The notes under the pieces were generated by a model. That model did not search any database. It was not told where the DNA came from and saw only the letters and a program-made list of their open reading frames with translations. A program made the position numbers and the translations under genes. DNA of 64,000 bases from a bacterium (GTDB taxonomy: Bacteria > Zhuqueibacterota > Zhuqueibacteria > Oceanimicrobiales > Oceanimicrobiaceae), in contig JBHIAC010000001.1 in the NCBI GenBank assembly GCA_046758365.1, forward strand, positions 64,001 to 128,000, in the 5' to 3' direction. Numbering within the stretch: position 1 is the stretch's first letter; each line of letters begins with the position of its first letter. This document shows, in pieces, positions 1 through 9,509 of this stretch.

Positions 1-240
1 GATTTAGCGGTAATTGTACCAATTGTTTTGTTAGTTTCCATGGTTCCTATTTCACTTAATTCAATAGGCGTATGGGAAGGATCATTTGTGTATTTTTTAT
101 CATTAATTGGCATTAATCCCTCAGTTTCTCTTTCGATTGCTTTAGTGCTTCGTGCAAAAAACTTGTTCCTCGCATTAGTTGGTGGAGTTGTTTTTGCAAT
201 TTGGAGTAAATTGCCTGAAGAGCGGTTAGTATGTGAGTAA
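1..240 (+). CDS. LPG-synthase-TM (UPF0104) flippase-like membrane protein, C-terminal fragment (5' end outside window)
   Basis: Frame open from base 1; SMVPISLNSIGVWEGSFVYFL...ALVLR matches the P-x(3-4)-G-x-(R/W)-E C-terminal motif also seen in 8472 and 22817. Confidence 0.75.
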   Translation, partial: DLAVIVPIVLLVSMVPISLNSIGVWEGSFVYFLSLIGINPSVSLSIALVLRAKNLFLALVGGVVFAIWSKLPEERLVCE

Positions 241-357
241 GTAAAGGAAAGTCAACAAGAATTCGATTGTATTTGAATTTGTTCAACTAAATTGTATTTA
301 AAATATACTTGATGAATTTTTAGGTAACATAAATTCAATCAACCTCTGGGGATCAAG

Positions 358-1719
358 ATGAGGCAATTTTCTACTGCTAGATTAGTCAATCCGTTAAGCG
401 AAAATTTGACTATTGAAAAAGTAGTCAAGAATGATCTTTGCACAAGATGTGGGGTGTGTGATCCGATATGCCCTCACGATTCTATAAAATTTGACGGAAA
501 CTTCTATCCTTGGGTAGATTGGTCCACGTGTACCAATTGCGGATTGTGTGAGTTAATATGCCCTGGTTTAGAATTCGATTTTAAAAAACAGTATCAGAAG
601 ATGTTTGCAGTCGACCATCCAATTCACATGCCAGAGGGTTACTTTAAGAAAGCTTACATTGGTTATTCGAATCATAATAAGATCAAAGAGAAAGGCAGCA
701 GTGGTGGTTTGGTTACCCAAATCCTGGTCTATTTGCTGGGTGAGAAAATGGTGGACGCGGTCGTATTGGTTTCAGATAACGAGCATGATCCCACTGCACC
801 AATTCCTAAAATCGCTCGAACGGAAGAAGAGATCATTGCAGGAGCAGGTTCCAAATATAGTGTGGTTCCTATTACCAAAATTCTAAATGAAGTTAGAAGA
901 ACGCGTGAGAAAATTGCTTTTGTGGGGGTGGCTTGTCAGATCCATGGATTGCGCAGATTAGAGGAATTGAATAAGAGGTTGTCTAGAAATGTCAAACTAG
1001 TTATTGGTTTGGCATGTAATGCCACACTAGAAAACGATGTCATTAAGGATCTTCTATGGAGAAAGGGATTGACCAAGTCTCAGGTGAAGCAAATAACCTA
1101 TCGCAATGGAACATTTCCCGGTAAGCTAACAGCTACTCTAAAAGATGGGAATAAGGTACAACTCATGAAACATGGTATGTGTGAATCCTATGGCCGGTTG
1201 CGCTTATTGTACGAGCCGCCGCGTTGTCATCTTTGTTCCGATTATACTGCCGAGTTCGCAGACATATCCGTGGCTGACATCATGCTCAGGGGCAGCAATG
1301 GAGAATATTTATTTTCGGATGGTCGATCCGTCGCCCTGTGTCGTACCGAGGCCGGTTTAAAGGTGATGGAAGACATGGAAAAAGCTGGTGTGATCAACGT
1401 GTCACCCTTGTCGTCAGATTTGGTTCAAAAAAACTTCAGGAAAATGATTCTGGTCAAGAAGATCCTTCCATATCAAATGATCAGAAAGTTAAAAAATAAG
1501 AAAAAATTGCATCCAATTTACAATACGAATGGACTGCCGCCGACTTTACGCCATATTCTTTATGAGATGGTTCGTACTCCAATCTACCGTTTCTATTCAT
1601 TCCCAGTTGTACGTAAAATTGGGGTAGCCCTTCTGTTTTCCAAGTACGGAGAGCATTTAACTAATCTAAAATTCATTTGGAAAAAACTGAAAGCCAAGAG
1701 ATATAAAGAACCTTGTTAA
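358..1719 (+). CDS. Coenzyme F420 hydrogenase/dehydrogenase beta-subunit (FrhB/FdhB)-like Fe-S protein
   Basis: Two CxxCxxCxxxCP ferredoxin motifs, SSGG, GSKY, FVGVACQ, IGLAC and CHLCSD...ADISVAD motifs. Confidence 0.85.
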   Translation: MRQFSTARLVNPLSENLTIEKVVKNDLCTRCGVCDPICPHDSIKFDGNFYPWVDWSTCTNCGLCELICPGLEFDFKKQYQKMFAVDHPIHMPEGYFKKAYIGYSNHNKIKEKGSSGGLVTQILVYLLGEKMVDAVVLVSDNEHDPTAPIPKIARTEEEIIAGAGSKYSVVPITKILNEVRRTREKIAFVGVACQIHGLRRLEELNKRLSRNVKLVIGLACNATLENDVIKDLLWRKGLTKSQVKQITYRNGTFPGKLTATLKDGNKVQLMKHGMCESYGRLRLLYEPPRCHLCSDYTAEFADISVADIMLRGSNGEYLFSDGRSVALCRTEAGLKVMEDMEKAGVINVSPLSSDLVQKNFRKMILVKKILPYQMIRKLKNKKKLHPIYNTNGLPPTLRHILYEMVRTPIYRFYSFPVVRKIGVALLFSKYGEHLTNLKFIWKKLKAKRYKEPC

Positions 1720-1843
1720 TGTTATACTGAATAGTGCCGGATTGCAAATTGTGTGTAGCGCTGAAAATGTTACGCTAAATTCAACTTTTCTAACTAAGTG
1801 AAATAGATATTTTTGAAACATCAACCAAGTCGTGGTTACTTTT

Positions 1844-2779
1844 ATGATAAGGCGTTTAATACTTCTTTTTCTACTGATAACTTTTTCAGTAATTATCGTT
1901 TTGGTGTTAGTGCACGAATCTGATATTCAGAAGAGGGAGCTGCAATTTTTTAATGGTGGTTTAATTTTGATTGGCGATCTGTATATTCCTAAACAAATTA
2001 CTTCAAAAACTGGAATAGTATTCTTGCACGGGAGTCTCCCCGAAGGCCGGAAATTGTTGCTCTATAAGACCCTGTGTGAAAGACTTGCCAGCAATGGGTA
2101 TGTAGTTTTTAGTTTTGATCAAAGGGGATATGGAGACTCGGAGGATCCGGAAAAAATTAGTAGCGTCGCTGAGTTAGATTTTGTTTCAGACGCAGAGCAG
2201 GCCGTCACGGTGTTTCTTGAGCAATCTCTTAAGTATGGTGTGCAGTCTGTGGCATTGATAGGACATTCATTCGGCGGTGGAGTGGCAGTAGCAGCCGGTG
2301 TCAAATCTTCAAAAGTGTCTAAAATCGTTTCCATTAGCCCCGGTCGGAGAATATCCTCTCGTTTTTTTGGTAATAATGCCACTGATGATCTTCAGTATGT
2401 CCAGGAAAGAAAATCTAATGACATGAGGCTTACCGAAATGATTCCTATCGAAGTTGTGAAGCCAATGTTAGATTTGTATAATGTGGAGCAATTTAGGGGT
2501 GTGACTTTTCAGAAACCACTTCTTCTCATCGAAGGCAGCGAGGAACCTTTAGAAGACTTAGCCTTCACAAAGAAATTTGTTTCGACCCTAGGGGGCCCGG
2601 TCTTTCATATCGTAATCAATAGTGCTGCACATTATTTTGGTACAAGAAAATCGAAATTATGGAAATTTTGGCGATGGCGTGTTGAGGACAGAGGCGTGAT
2701 TAACAAACTAGTTAACACCATCGATAACTGGATAAATGACACTCCAGATTCATTGAAAATAAAAGCTAAGCAGGAATGA
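1844..2779 (+). CDS. Alpha/beta hydrolase with N-terminal membrane anchor (start ATG 1844 or GTG 1832)
   Basis: FLHG oxyanion motif, FDQRGYGDS, GHSFGG nucleophile elbow, C-terminal AAHYF His; hydrophobic N-terminus. Confidence 0.85.
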   Translation: MIRRLILLFLLITFSVIIVLVLVHESDIQKRELQFFNGGLILIGDLYIPKQITSKTGIVFLHGSLPEGRKLLLYKTLCERLASNGYVVFSFDQRGYGDSEDPEKISSVAELDFVSDAEQAVTVFLEQSLKYGVQSVALIGHSFGGGVAVAAGVKSSKVSKIVSISPGRRISSRFFGNNATDDLQYVQERKSNDMRLTEMIPIEVVKPMLDLYNVEQFRGVTFQKPLLLIEGSEEPLEDLAFTKKFVSTLGGPVFHIVINSAAHYFGTRKSKLWKFWRWRVEDRGVINKLVNTIDNWINDTPDSLKIKAKQE

Positions 2780-2866
2780 ACTGCCGAAACTAAGCATTTA
2801 CATGAACATCATTAAGTGACTTTATCAATCATGTTGTTTTCTTCAATTAAGATAGGAAATTGTTAA

Positions 2867-3643
2867 ATGAAAAAGCAGCCTGAGATTTCAGAGATGGATA
2901 AGGGTTCAAGTGACAACTTTGGATTTTACAAATTTGTTGCTAACCAACATACCTCATCCCTTAAAAAATATCAAGACTTGATGATTGGAGACTACAAACT
3001 TCTGAATTTGATTAAATTTGAATTTCTGACCTCTTTTCTAACCTATTTTCCCGGGATGCTTGGTATGTTTCTGCGTCAAAAGTTTTATAGATTTCTTTTT
3101 AAAAGGCAAGGCAAAGGCGTAATCATTGGTTCAGGTGTTTCTTTACGGCAACCGGCGAAGATAACCATTGAATCTGGCTCTATCATTGATGATTTGGTAA
3201 GCCTTAGTATACGGGGTACCGATAAAGCTGGAATTCGTATAGGTGAGAATGTCTTTGTAGGTCGGGGTTCTATATTGAATGCTCGAGATGGACTGATTGA
3301 TATTGATAACTACACAAGTATAGGGAGTTTTTGTCGTATCGCGACTGCTAAAGGGCAACTGCGAATAGGTCGATATGTTTTAGTAGCTGCGTATTGCTAC
3401 ATTGGTGGCGGAAATCACCGAACAGATCAGATAAATATTCCAATGGCTCTCCAAGATTATGAGAACCGAGGTGGCGTGGTTATCGGTGATGATGTATGGA
3501 TAGGTGCACATACTATCATAACCGATGGCGTAAAGATCGGTAAAGGCTGCATCATCGGTGCTGGATCTTTTGTTAATAAGGATATTCCGGATTATTCCAT
3601 CGCATTTGGTTGCCCCGCTAAGGTTCAGAGAAAAAGGGTTTAG
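2867..3643 (+). CDS. Hexapeptide-repeat (left-handed beta-helix) acyltransferase
   Basis: Repeats such as IGENVFVG, IGDDVWIG, IGKGCIIGAGSFV and terminal GCPAK. Confidence 0.88.
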   Translation: MKKQPEISEMDKGSSDNFGFYKFVANQHTSSLKKYQDLMIGDYKLLNLIKFEFLTSFLTYFPGMLGMFLRQKFYRFLFKRQGKGVIIGSGVSLRQPAKITIESGSIIDDLVSLSIRGTDKAGIRIGENVFVGRGSILNARDGLIDIDNYTSIGSFCRIATAKGQLRIGRYVLVAAYCYIGGGNHRTDQINIPMALQDYENRGGVVIGDDVWIGAHTIITDGVKIGKGCIIGAGSFVNKDIPDYSIAFGCPAKVQRKRV

Positions 3644-3669
3644 AGTCTATAGTTGCTTTTTAAAATAAT

Positions 3670-4236
3670 ATGCCATCACCAATTGGACACTCATTAGCTG
3701 CGTATGCAATCTATTCGAGCACGACTAATAGTAAATTAAGGCCGGATCGGGTTAAATTAATTTTATTTATCCTGGTTGCTAACCTGCCAGACATTGATTT
3801 TTTACCAGGCTTTTTAGTTGGCTATCCCAATAAATATCATCATCAATTCACGCATAGTTTGAGTTTTGCAGTTATTATTGGAGTTGTTGCTTATACTTTT
3901 TTGAGGATTAATGGTAATAAGCATTACTGGCAGAATTTCTTAATATTCTCAGGATTGATTTTATCCCATGTAATATTAGATTTTTTCACTCTTGATACTA
4001 GTGCCCCTTACGGAGAGCAACTATTATGGCCATTTACGGAAAAATATTATTTGGCTCCGGCCTCGGTCTTTAGAAATATTCAGCGTGCATTTTCAAGTGA
4101 TTTATTTATCAGCAGTTTATTTAATATACACAATCTGTGGACCGTGGCTTTTGAATGTGTCGTACTTTTTCCAGCGATTACCATCATTCATGCCTTAAAA
4201 AAGAAGAATATCTTGAAAGTAGATTTTAGTAAATGA
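3670..4236 (+). CDS. Membrane-bound metal-dependent hydrolase (YdjM/DUF457-like)
   Basis: MPSPIGH, ANLPDID, HHQFTHS, SHVILD motifs with TM helices. Confidence 0.8.
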   Translation: MPSPIGHSLAAYAIYSSTTNSKLRPDRVKLILFILVANLPDIDFLPGFLVGYPNKYHHQFTHSLSFAVIIGVVAYTFLRINGNKHYWQNFLIFSGLILSHVILDFFTLDTSAPYGEQLLWPFTEKYYLAPASVFRNIQRAFSSDLFISSLFNIHNLWTVAFECVVLFPAITIIHALKKKNILKVDFSK

Positions 4237-4288
4237 AAATAAATCACAGTTTATAAAAATCCCTATTTCGGTTTAATTTTAGAGTAAT

Positions 4289-5257
4289 ATGATTCATAAA
4301 GAAAAAAAGATTCAAAGGCAGAGCGATGGAATAGAAATTTCCGTGATTATTCCCCTCTATAACGAGGTGGAAAATTTAGAATTATTATTCTCATCAATTA
4401 AAAATGTTTTAGATGGATTGGATAAAACATACGAAATGATTTATATCGATGACGGAAGCACCGATGGAACCTTTGAGGTACTAAAGCGCAAAGCGGATAG
4501 CAACACGAAAGTCATAAAGTTTCGAAAGAATTTCGGGCAATCGGCAGCCATGGCTGCTGGTTTTGAGCACGCCAAAGGGCAGGTTGTAATTTCCATGGAC
4601 GGTGATTTACAAAATGACCCCAAGGATATTCCAGCTATGGTGGCAAAGTTGGAAGAAGGGTTCGATATAGTGGCGGGTTGGAGAAAAAATCGAAAAGATA
4701 AAATGTTTATACGAAAAGTACCGTCTAAAATTGCTAATAAAATCATACGCTTTTTTACAGGCGTCCAGCTCCACGACACAGGGTGTTCTCTTAAGGCCTA
4801 CCGCTCTGAAGTCATCAAAAGGCTCAGGCTTTATGGTGAATTACACCGTTTCATCCCTGCCTTGGCTCGAATTGAAGGTGCTAAAATTTCTGAAATTGTG
4901 GTGTCTCATCATGCTCGAAAATTCGGCCGTTCAAAATATAATTTATCCCGGACCTTCAAAGTAATTATGGATTTAACCACGATTAACTTATTTATCAAAT
5001 ACTTATCCAATCCTGTTTATCTTTTCGGTAAACTTGGCTTCTTTTTTAACCTATTTGGTTTAATGACGCTATTTGTTTGTCTCTATTTAATAATTTTAGA
5101 AAATTATGATTTATCTGGCATAAATGTTTTAGTAAGCTTGGCCTTTCTTTTGATTGCATCAGGATGCCAGTTTATTTTCTATGGACTTATTGCCAATATG
5201 GTGGTGAAAACCGCTGAAGAGAAAAATGGGCAGATCATAGAATATTTTAAACACTAA
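4289..5257 (+). CDS. GT2 polyprenol-phosphate glycosyltransferase (ArnC/GtrB/DPMS-like)
   Basis: IPLYNE, DDGSTD, RKNFGQSAA, MDGDLQNDP, two C-terminal TM helices. Confidence 0.9.
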   Translation: MIHKEKKIQRQSDGIEISVIIPLYNEVENLELLFSSIKNVLDGLDKTYEMIYIDDGSTDGTFEVLKRKADSNTKVIKFRKNFGQSAAMAAGFEHAKGQVVISMDGDLQNDPKDIPAMVAKLEEGFDIVAGWRKNRKDKMFIRKVPSKIANKIIRFFTGVQLHDTGCSLKAYRSEVIKRLRLYGELHRFIPALARIEGAKISEIVVSHHARKFGRSKYNLSRTFKVIMDLTTINLFIKYLSNPVYLFGKLGFFFNLFGLMTLFVCLYLIILENYDLSGINVLVSLAFLLIASGCQFIFYGLIANMVVKTAEEKNGQIIEYFKH

Positions 5258-5286
5258 ATTAAACTTCTATATTTAAGGGTAATACA

Positions 5287-6318
5287 ATGGAAGAGCAAAT
5301 TCTTACAAAAAAAGAACCAATAGATGGGAAAATTAAAAAAATATCGACTCCTGCCAATATTCAAACTTCCGTAATTGTTACGGTTTGTAATTTTGAGAAA
5401 CAGATTGCAGAAGTTTACAAAGCTTTGCTGGAGGATTTGGAAAAGTCAGGCCAGAAATTCGAGGTGATTTTTGTCGATGATGGAAGTACAGATAATACCT
5501 GGAAAACCCTAAAAGAATTGGCTAACCATGACCGTCGAGTTAAACTGGTAAGATTTAGAACCACTTTCGGGGAGGCCGCTTCTTTTGACGCAGGATTTAA
5601 ACAAACTGATGGTGAAAAAATTGTTTTTTTCACCACCCGGGTACGTATTAATCCTTCTCAGTTATCAAAGCTTCTTACAAAATTAGAGCAAGGTTATGAT
5701 TTGGTCATGGGATGGCGATACCCCCGTCGGGATTCTTTTTTCAACCAAATCATTTCAAAGATTTTTAATAGGCTGATTAAATGGTTTACTAAAACTACCC
5801 TGAACGACATCAATAGTGGTGTATTTGTGACCCGAAGGGAAGTATTGGAAGATATTCCTATCTACGGACATTTAAATATTTTTCTTCCTATTATAGCAGC
5901 TCAAAAAGGATTTGTAGTTAGTGATGAAAAACTTGAGCAGTTGCCTGGTTCCTTTCGGCAGTCCAAGTATGTGTCTGAATATTTTCAAAGATTGCTGGAC
6001 ATCTTAACTGTTATTTTCTTAACCAACTATTCCAAGAAGCCCCTGCACTTTTTAGGATTTTTTGGTCTAATATTTGCGCTTTCTGGCGCGGCTATAAATC
6101 TATATCTTTTTATCTATCGATTGTTTCATATTGGGCCAATTGCGGGCCGGCCATTGTTGCTTTTAGGAGCACTACTTTTAGTTATCGGAATACAAATGAT
6201 TTCCATAGGACTTATCGGTGAAATGATTATTTTTACGCATGCCAAGGAAATCAAAGAATATAATATCGAAAAGATAATTTCAAGAGGTGATGATTTAAAT
6301 TATGACCATTTGACTTAG
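5287..6318 (+). CDS. GT2 ArnC/GtrB-like protein with degenerate DxD motif
   Basis: DDGSTD, RFRTTFGEAA and KKPLHFLG plus 2 TM are present, but FTTRVRINP stands where DxDxQxxP is expected. Confidence 0.8.
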   Translation: MEEQILTKKEPIDGKIKKISTPANIQTSVIVTVCNFEKQIAEVYKALLEDLEKSGQKFEVIFVDDGSTDNTWKTLKELANHDRRVKLVRFRTTFGEAASFDAGFKQTDGEKIVFFTTRVRINPSQLSKLLTKLEQGYDLVMGWRYPRRDSFFNQIISKIFNRLIKWFTKTTLNDINSGVFVTRREVLEDIPIYGHLNIFLPIIAAQKGFVVSDEKLEQLPGSFRQSKYVSEYFQRLLDILTVIFLTNYSKKPLHFLGFFGLIFALSGAAINLYLFIYRLFHIGPIAGRPLLLLGALLLVIGIQMISIGLIGEMIIFTHAKEIKEYNIEKIISRGDDLNYDHLT

Positions 6319-6375
6319 ATCAAATGCGTCCACTTTAGTAAAAAATCTGATTTAATAATGATAAACGCATAAATT

Positions 6376-7359
6376 ATGAAGCTAATCATTCAAATTCCCT
6401 GCTTTAACGAAGAACAAACTTTACCCTTAACTCTGAGGGATCTTCCAAAAAGCATCGGCGGAATTAGTGAAATTGAAACTTTGATAGTAGATGATGGAAG
6501 TATAGATAACACCGTGGAGGTCGCGCGCAAGCATGGAGTTAACCACATTATTAAGCTGACTAATAACAAAGGACTTGCAGAGGGATTCATGGTTGGTATG
6601 GATGCCTGCTTACGTCTTGGCGCTGACATAATTGTAAACACCGATGCGGATAATCAATATAATAGCGCAGATATCCCAAAATTGATAGAACCAATTTTGC
6701 AGGGTAAGGCTGATATGGTCATCGGGGATCGTCAGATAAACAATGTTCCTTACTTTTCTCCGATAAAAAAGAAGCTACAAAAGATTGGGACATGGGTAGT
6801 ACGGAATGTATCGGGCACGTCGGTTCCAGATGCTACTAGTGGTTTTCGAGCATTCAGCCGAGATGCAGCATTGCGCCTAAATGTCGTTACTCGTTTTACG
6901 TATACCCTTGAGACTCTCATTCAGGCGGGTAAGAAAAATCTTGCTGTTACGCATGTTCCAATTCGGACTAACGGTAAGTTTCGTGAATCTCGGTTATATA
7001 ATAGCATTCCCAGTTATATTCGAAAATCGATTAGTACCATTTTTCGTATCTACACGATGTATGAACCATTGAAGATGTTTGCGACCATTGGTTGTACTAC
7101 TTTTACCTTGGGATTACTGCTTGGGTTTAGGTTTCTTTATTATTATTTTACGGGCAACGGAGCTGGACACATCCAATCTTTGATTCTTGCGGCTGTATTC
7201 TTTATTATTGGATTTCAAGTAATCATGTTAGGGCTAATTGCTGATCTCAATGGTAATAACCGTAGGCTAATCGAAGATGCTCTGTACAGGATTCGGCGTC
7301 AGGAATTAAAAGATGTGTCCGATGGTAAATCACTTAATGTAAATGATGAATCCCGGTAA
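6376..7359 (+). CDS. GT2 polyprenol-phosphate glycosyltransferase (DPMS-like)
   Basis: IPCFNEE, DDGS, TDADNQY, DATSGFRA, two C-terminal TM helices. Confidence 0.9.
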   Translation: MKLIIQIPCFNEEQTLPLTLRDLPKSIGGISEIETLIVDDGSIDNTVEVARKHGVNHIIKLTNNKGLAEGFMVGMDACLRLGADIIVNTDADNQYNSADIPKLIEPILQGKADMVIGDRQINNVPYFSPIKKKLQKIGTWVVRNVSGTSVPDATSGFRAFSRDAALRLNVVTRFTYTLETLIQAGKKNLAVTHVPIRTNGKFRESRLYNSIPSYIRKSISTIFRIYTMYEPLKMFATIGCTTFTLGLLLGFRFLYYYFTGNGAGHIQSLILAAVFFIIGFQVIMLGLIADLNGNNRRLIEDALYRIRRQELKDVSDGKSLNVNDESR

Positions 7360-7392
7360 AAAAGACTGGTTTGTAAGGCGGAAGAAAATTTT

Positions 7393-8517
7393 ATGCGAAT
7401 CTGTTTAATAGGTCCTTCATTTCCCTTCCGAGGAGGAATTGCTCATTATACCACGCTTCTTTATCGTTATTTGCGGCAGCGTCATGAAACCGTGTTCCTT
7501 AGTTTCTCAAGACAATACCCAAAATGGCTTTATCCAGGAAAGTCAGATAAGGACAATAGTAACATTGCACTAAAGGAGGAAGACGTTGAACCTACACTGG
7601 ATTCCATGAACCCGTGGTCATGGTATCTAACTTATAAAAAAATTTTAGCTTATCAGCCCAATTTGGTTATTTTCCCCTGGTGGGTTTTTTACTGGGCGAT
7701 TCCATTTTCTTTTTTAACCAGATTAATTCATAAAAATACAGAGGCTCGAATATTATTCATTTGTCATAATGTAATTCAGCACGAAAGTAACTTGTTAGCA
7801 CGTTGGTTTACAAAATTTGTTTTAAAGCAAGGTGATCTATTTCTAGTACATTCCAATGAGGACTTGCGAAACCTAAAAGAGATTATCCCTAAAGCAAGGG
7901 TTGAGCATGCTTTTCATCCGAGTTATGATGAATTTCCAAAATCGGGTCTAGGAAAAAAGTCAGCAAAACGACTCCTTGGCCTCAATGGAAAAGTATTACT
8001 ATTTTTTGGATTTATACGGCCATACAAAGGTTTAGATTACCTGCTGGACGCATTGCCTCGAATCTTGTCTGAGATATCGGTCACGCTTTTAATTGTGGGC
8101 GAATTTTGGGGCGATAAGGAACGGTATCTAAGAAAAATTCAAAAGATGGGGCTGAATAATGCCGTAAGAGTCATTGATACCTATGTGCCAAATGAAGAGC
8201 TCGAAAGGTATTTTGTTGCATCAGATTTACTGGTCTTGCCTTATACTAAAGCGACCGGTAGCGGCATAGTTCAATTAGCATTTGGTTTTGATCTCCCTGT
8301 ATTAGTAACATCCGTCGGGGCATTACCAGAGGTCGTCAAGGAAGGTGAGACCGGATTCATCGTGCCATCCAAGAATTCGGAAGCTCTCGCAGATAAAGTG
8401 ATTAAGTTTTTTAGTAATGGAATGGCAAAAAGTCTTGCTAAAAATATTATAAAAGAAAAGAAAAAGTTCACATGGGACAATGTTATAAAAAAAATCGAAA
8501 AGCTAGAGCTGTATTAA
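7393..8517 (+). CDS. GT4 glycosyltransferase
   Basis: RGGIAHY, FGFIRPYKG, LPY..ATGSG, VGALPEV. Confidence 0.88.
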   Translation: MRICLIGPSFPFRGGIAHYTTLLYRYLRQRHETVFLSFSRQYPKWLYPGKSDKDNSNIALKEEDVEPTLDSMNPWSWYLTYKKILAYQPNLVIFPWWVFYWAIPFSFLTRLIHKNTEARILFICHNVIQHESNLLARWFTKFVLKQGDLFLVHSNEDLRNLKEIIPKARVEHAFHPSYDEFPKSGLGKKSAKRLLGLNGKVLLFFGFIRPYKGLDYLLDALPRILSEISVTLLIVGEFWGDKERYLRKIQKMGLNNAVRVIDTYVPNEELERYFVASDLLVLPYTKATGSGIVQLAFGFDLPVLVTSVGALPEVVKEGETGFIVPSKNSEALADKVIKFFSNGMAKSLAKNIIKEKKKFTWDNVIKKIEKLELY

Positions 8518-9509
8518 GCAAATTCAATTTTAGACACCAAAAGATTAATAAGCTGGTTAATCTACTGGTTTTTGTTGTAATTGCTTTCGGTTTATATTCT
8601 TTAATCCGGGGTTCTGGTTTACGAGAACTCATGGAGATACGTGAGCATCTTCATTATAAATATATTATTGCCAGTGTATTCGTTATTGCTATAAATCTGT
8701 TTGTAATATATCTACGATGGTATTTTTTACTAATGCCAATAAAGCCTACCGTATTACTGCGTAACGTAATCTTTATTTCAATTTCTTCGGTAGCGGTAAA
8801 TTATTCGACCCCAGGGAAATTAGGGGTCCCAGCCAAGGCGTTTCTCCTCAAAAAACTGGAGAAGGTTGATATTAATCAGTCTATTCCTTCATTATTTGCT
8901 GAACTTTTTTTGGATTATGGATTTATGTTTGCTATGTTAATTTTGGCTGGAGCCCTGGGGGGCTATCTTCATGCAGCTATGGATGTTGTAGAATTATTAA
9001 GCCTTTCAAGTGTAAGTTTCTCCTTACTAATTACCTTTTTGATTTGTTTAGCAATGGGAATTGCTGTTTTGATCTTTTGGAGAAAGATTCGGTCAAGCAA
9101 ATTCTTTCAGAATTTATCAATGGCAGTGCGCATGATGAAAGCACGTCGAGATTATATGCAGTTAGTGATTTTTTTAACCTTTGGAAATCTCATTCTAAGT
9201 TTCTGGGGTGATTTACTTCTGCTCAAGGGTTTAGGAGTTAAAGTGCCATATTTATTTGTTATCTTTAGCTTTTCTTGTGCTGGGATCATTGGTTTCTTAT
9301 CACCAATTGCTGGTGGCGTGGGTGTTCGTGAAGTAGTCAATGCATATTTATTCAAGCTATATAGTTACTCGGGTCCAGTTGCACTCATGGCCACTTTATT
9401 ACGCCGTATTTTGACTTATATCATTCTTTTATTGAATTTATTGTTTTTAAAATTTCAAAGTGAAAATATATCTTTAACAGTTGGTAGAAAAATAGAAAAC
9501 GCTTTATGA
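8472..9509 (+). CDS. LPG-synthase-TM (UPF0104) flippase-like membrane protein (start uncertain)
   Basis: LRWYFL, NYSTPGKLG..AK, SPIAGGVGVRE, multiple TM helices. Confidence 0.8.
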   Translation: MGQCYKKNRKARAVLSKFNFRHQKINKLVNLLVFVVIAFGLYSLIRGSGLRELMEIREHLHYKYIIASVFVIAINLFVIYLRWYFLLMPIKPTVLLRNVIFISISSVAVNYSTPGKLGVPAKAFLLKKLEKVDINQSIPSLFAELFLDYGFMFAMLILAGALGGYLHAAMDVVELLSLSSVSFSLLITFLICLAMGIAVLIFWRKIRSSKFFQNLSMAVRMMKARRDYMQLVIFLTFGNLILSFWGDLLLLKGLGVKVPYLFVIFSFSCAGIIGFLSPIAGGVGVREVVNAYLFKLYSYSGPVALMATLLRRILTYIILLLNLLFLKFQSENISLTVGRKIENAL

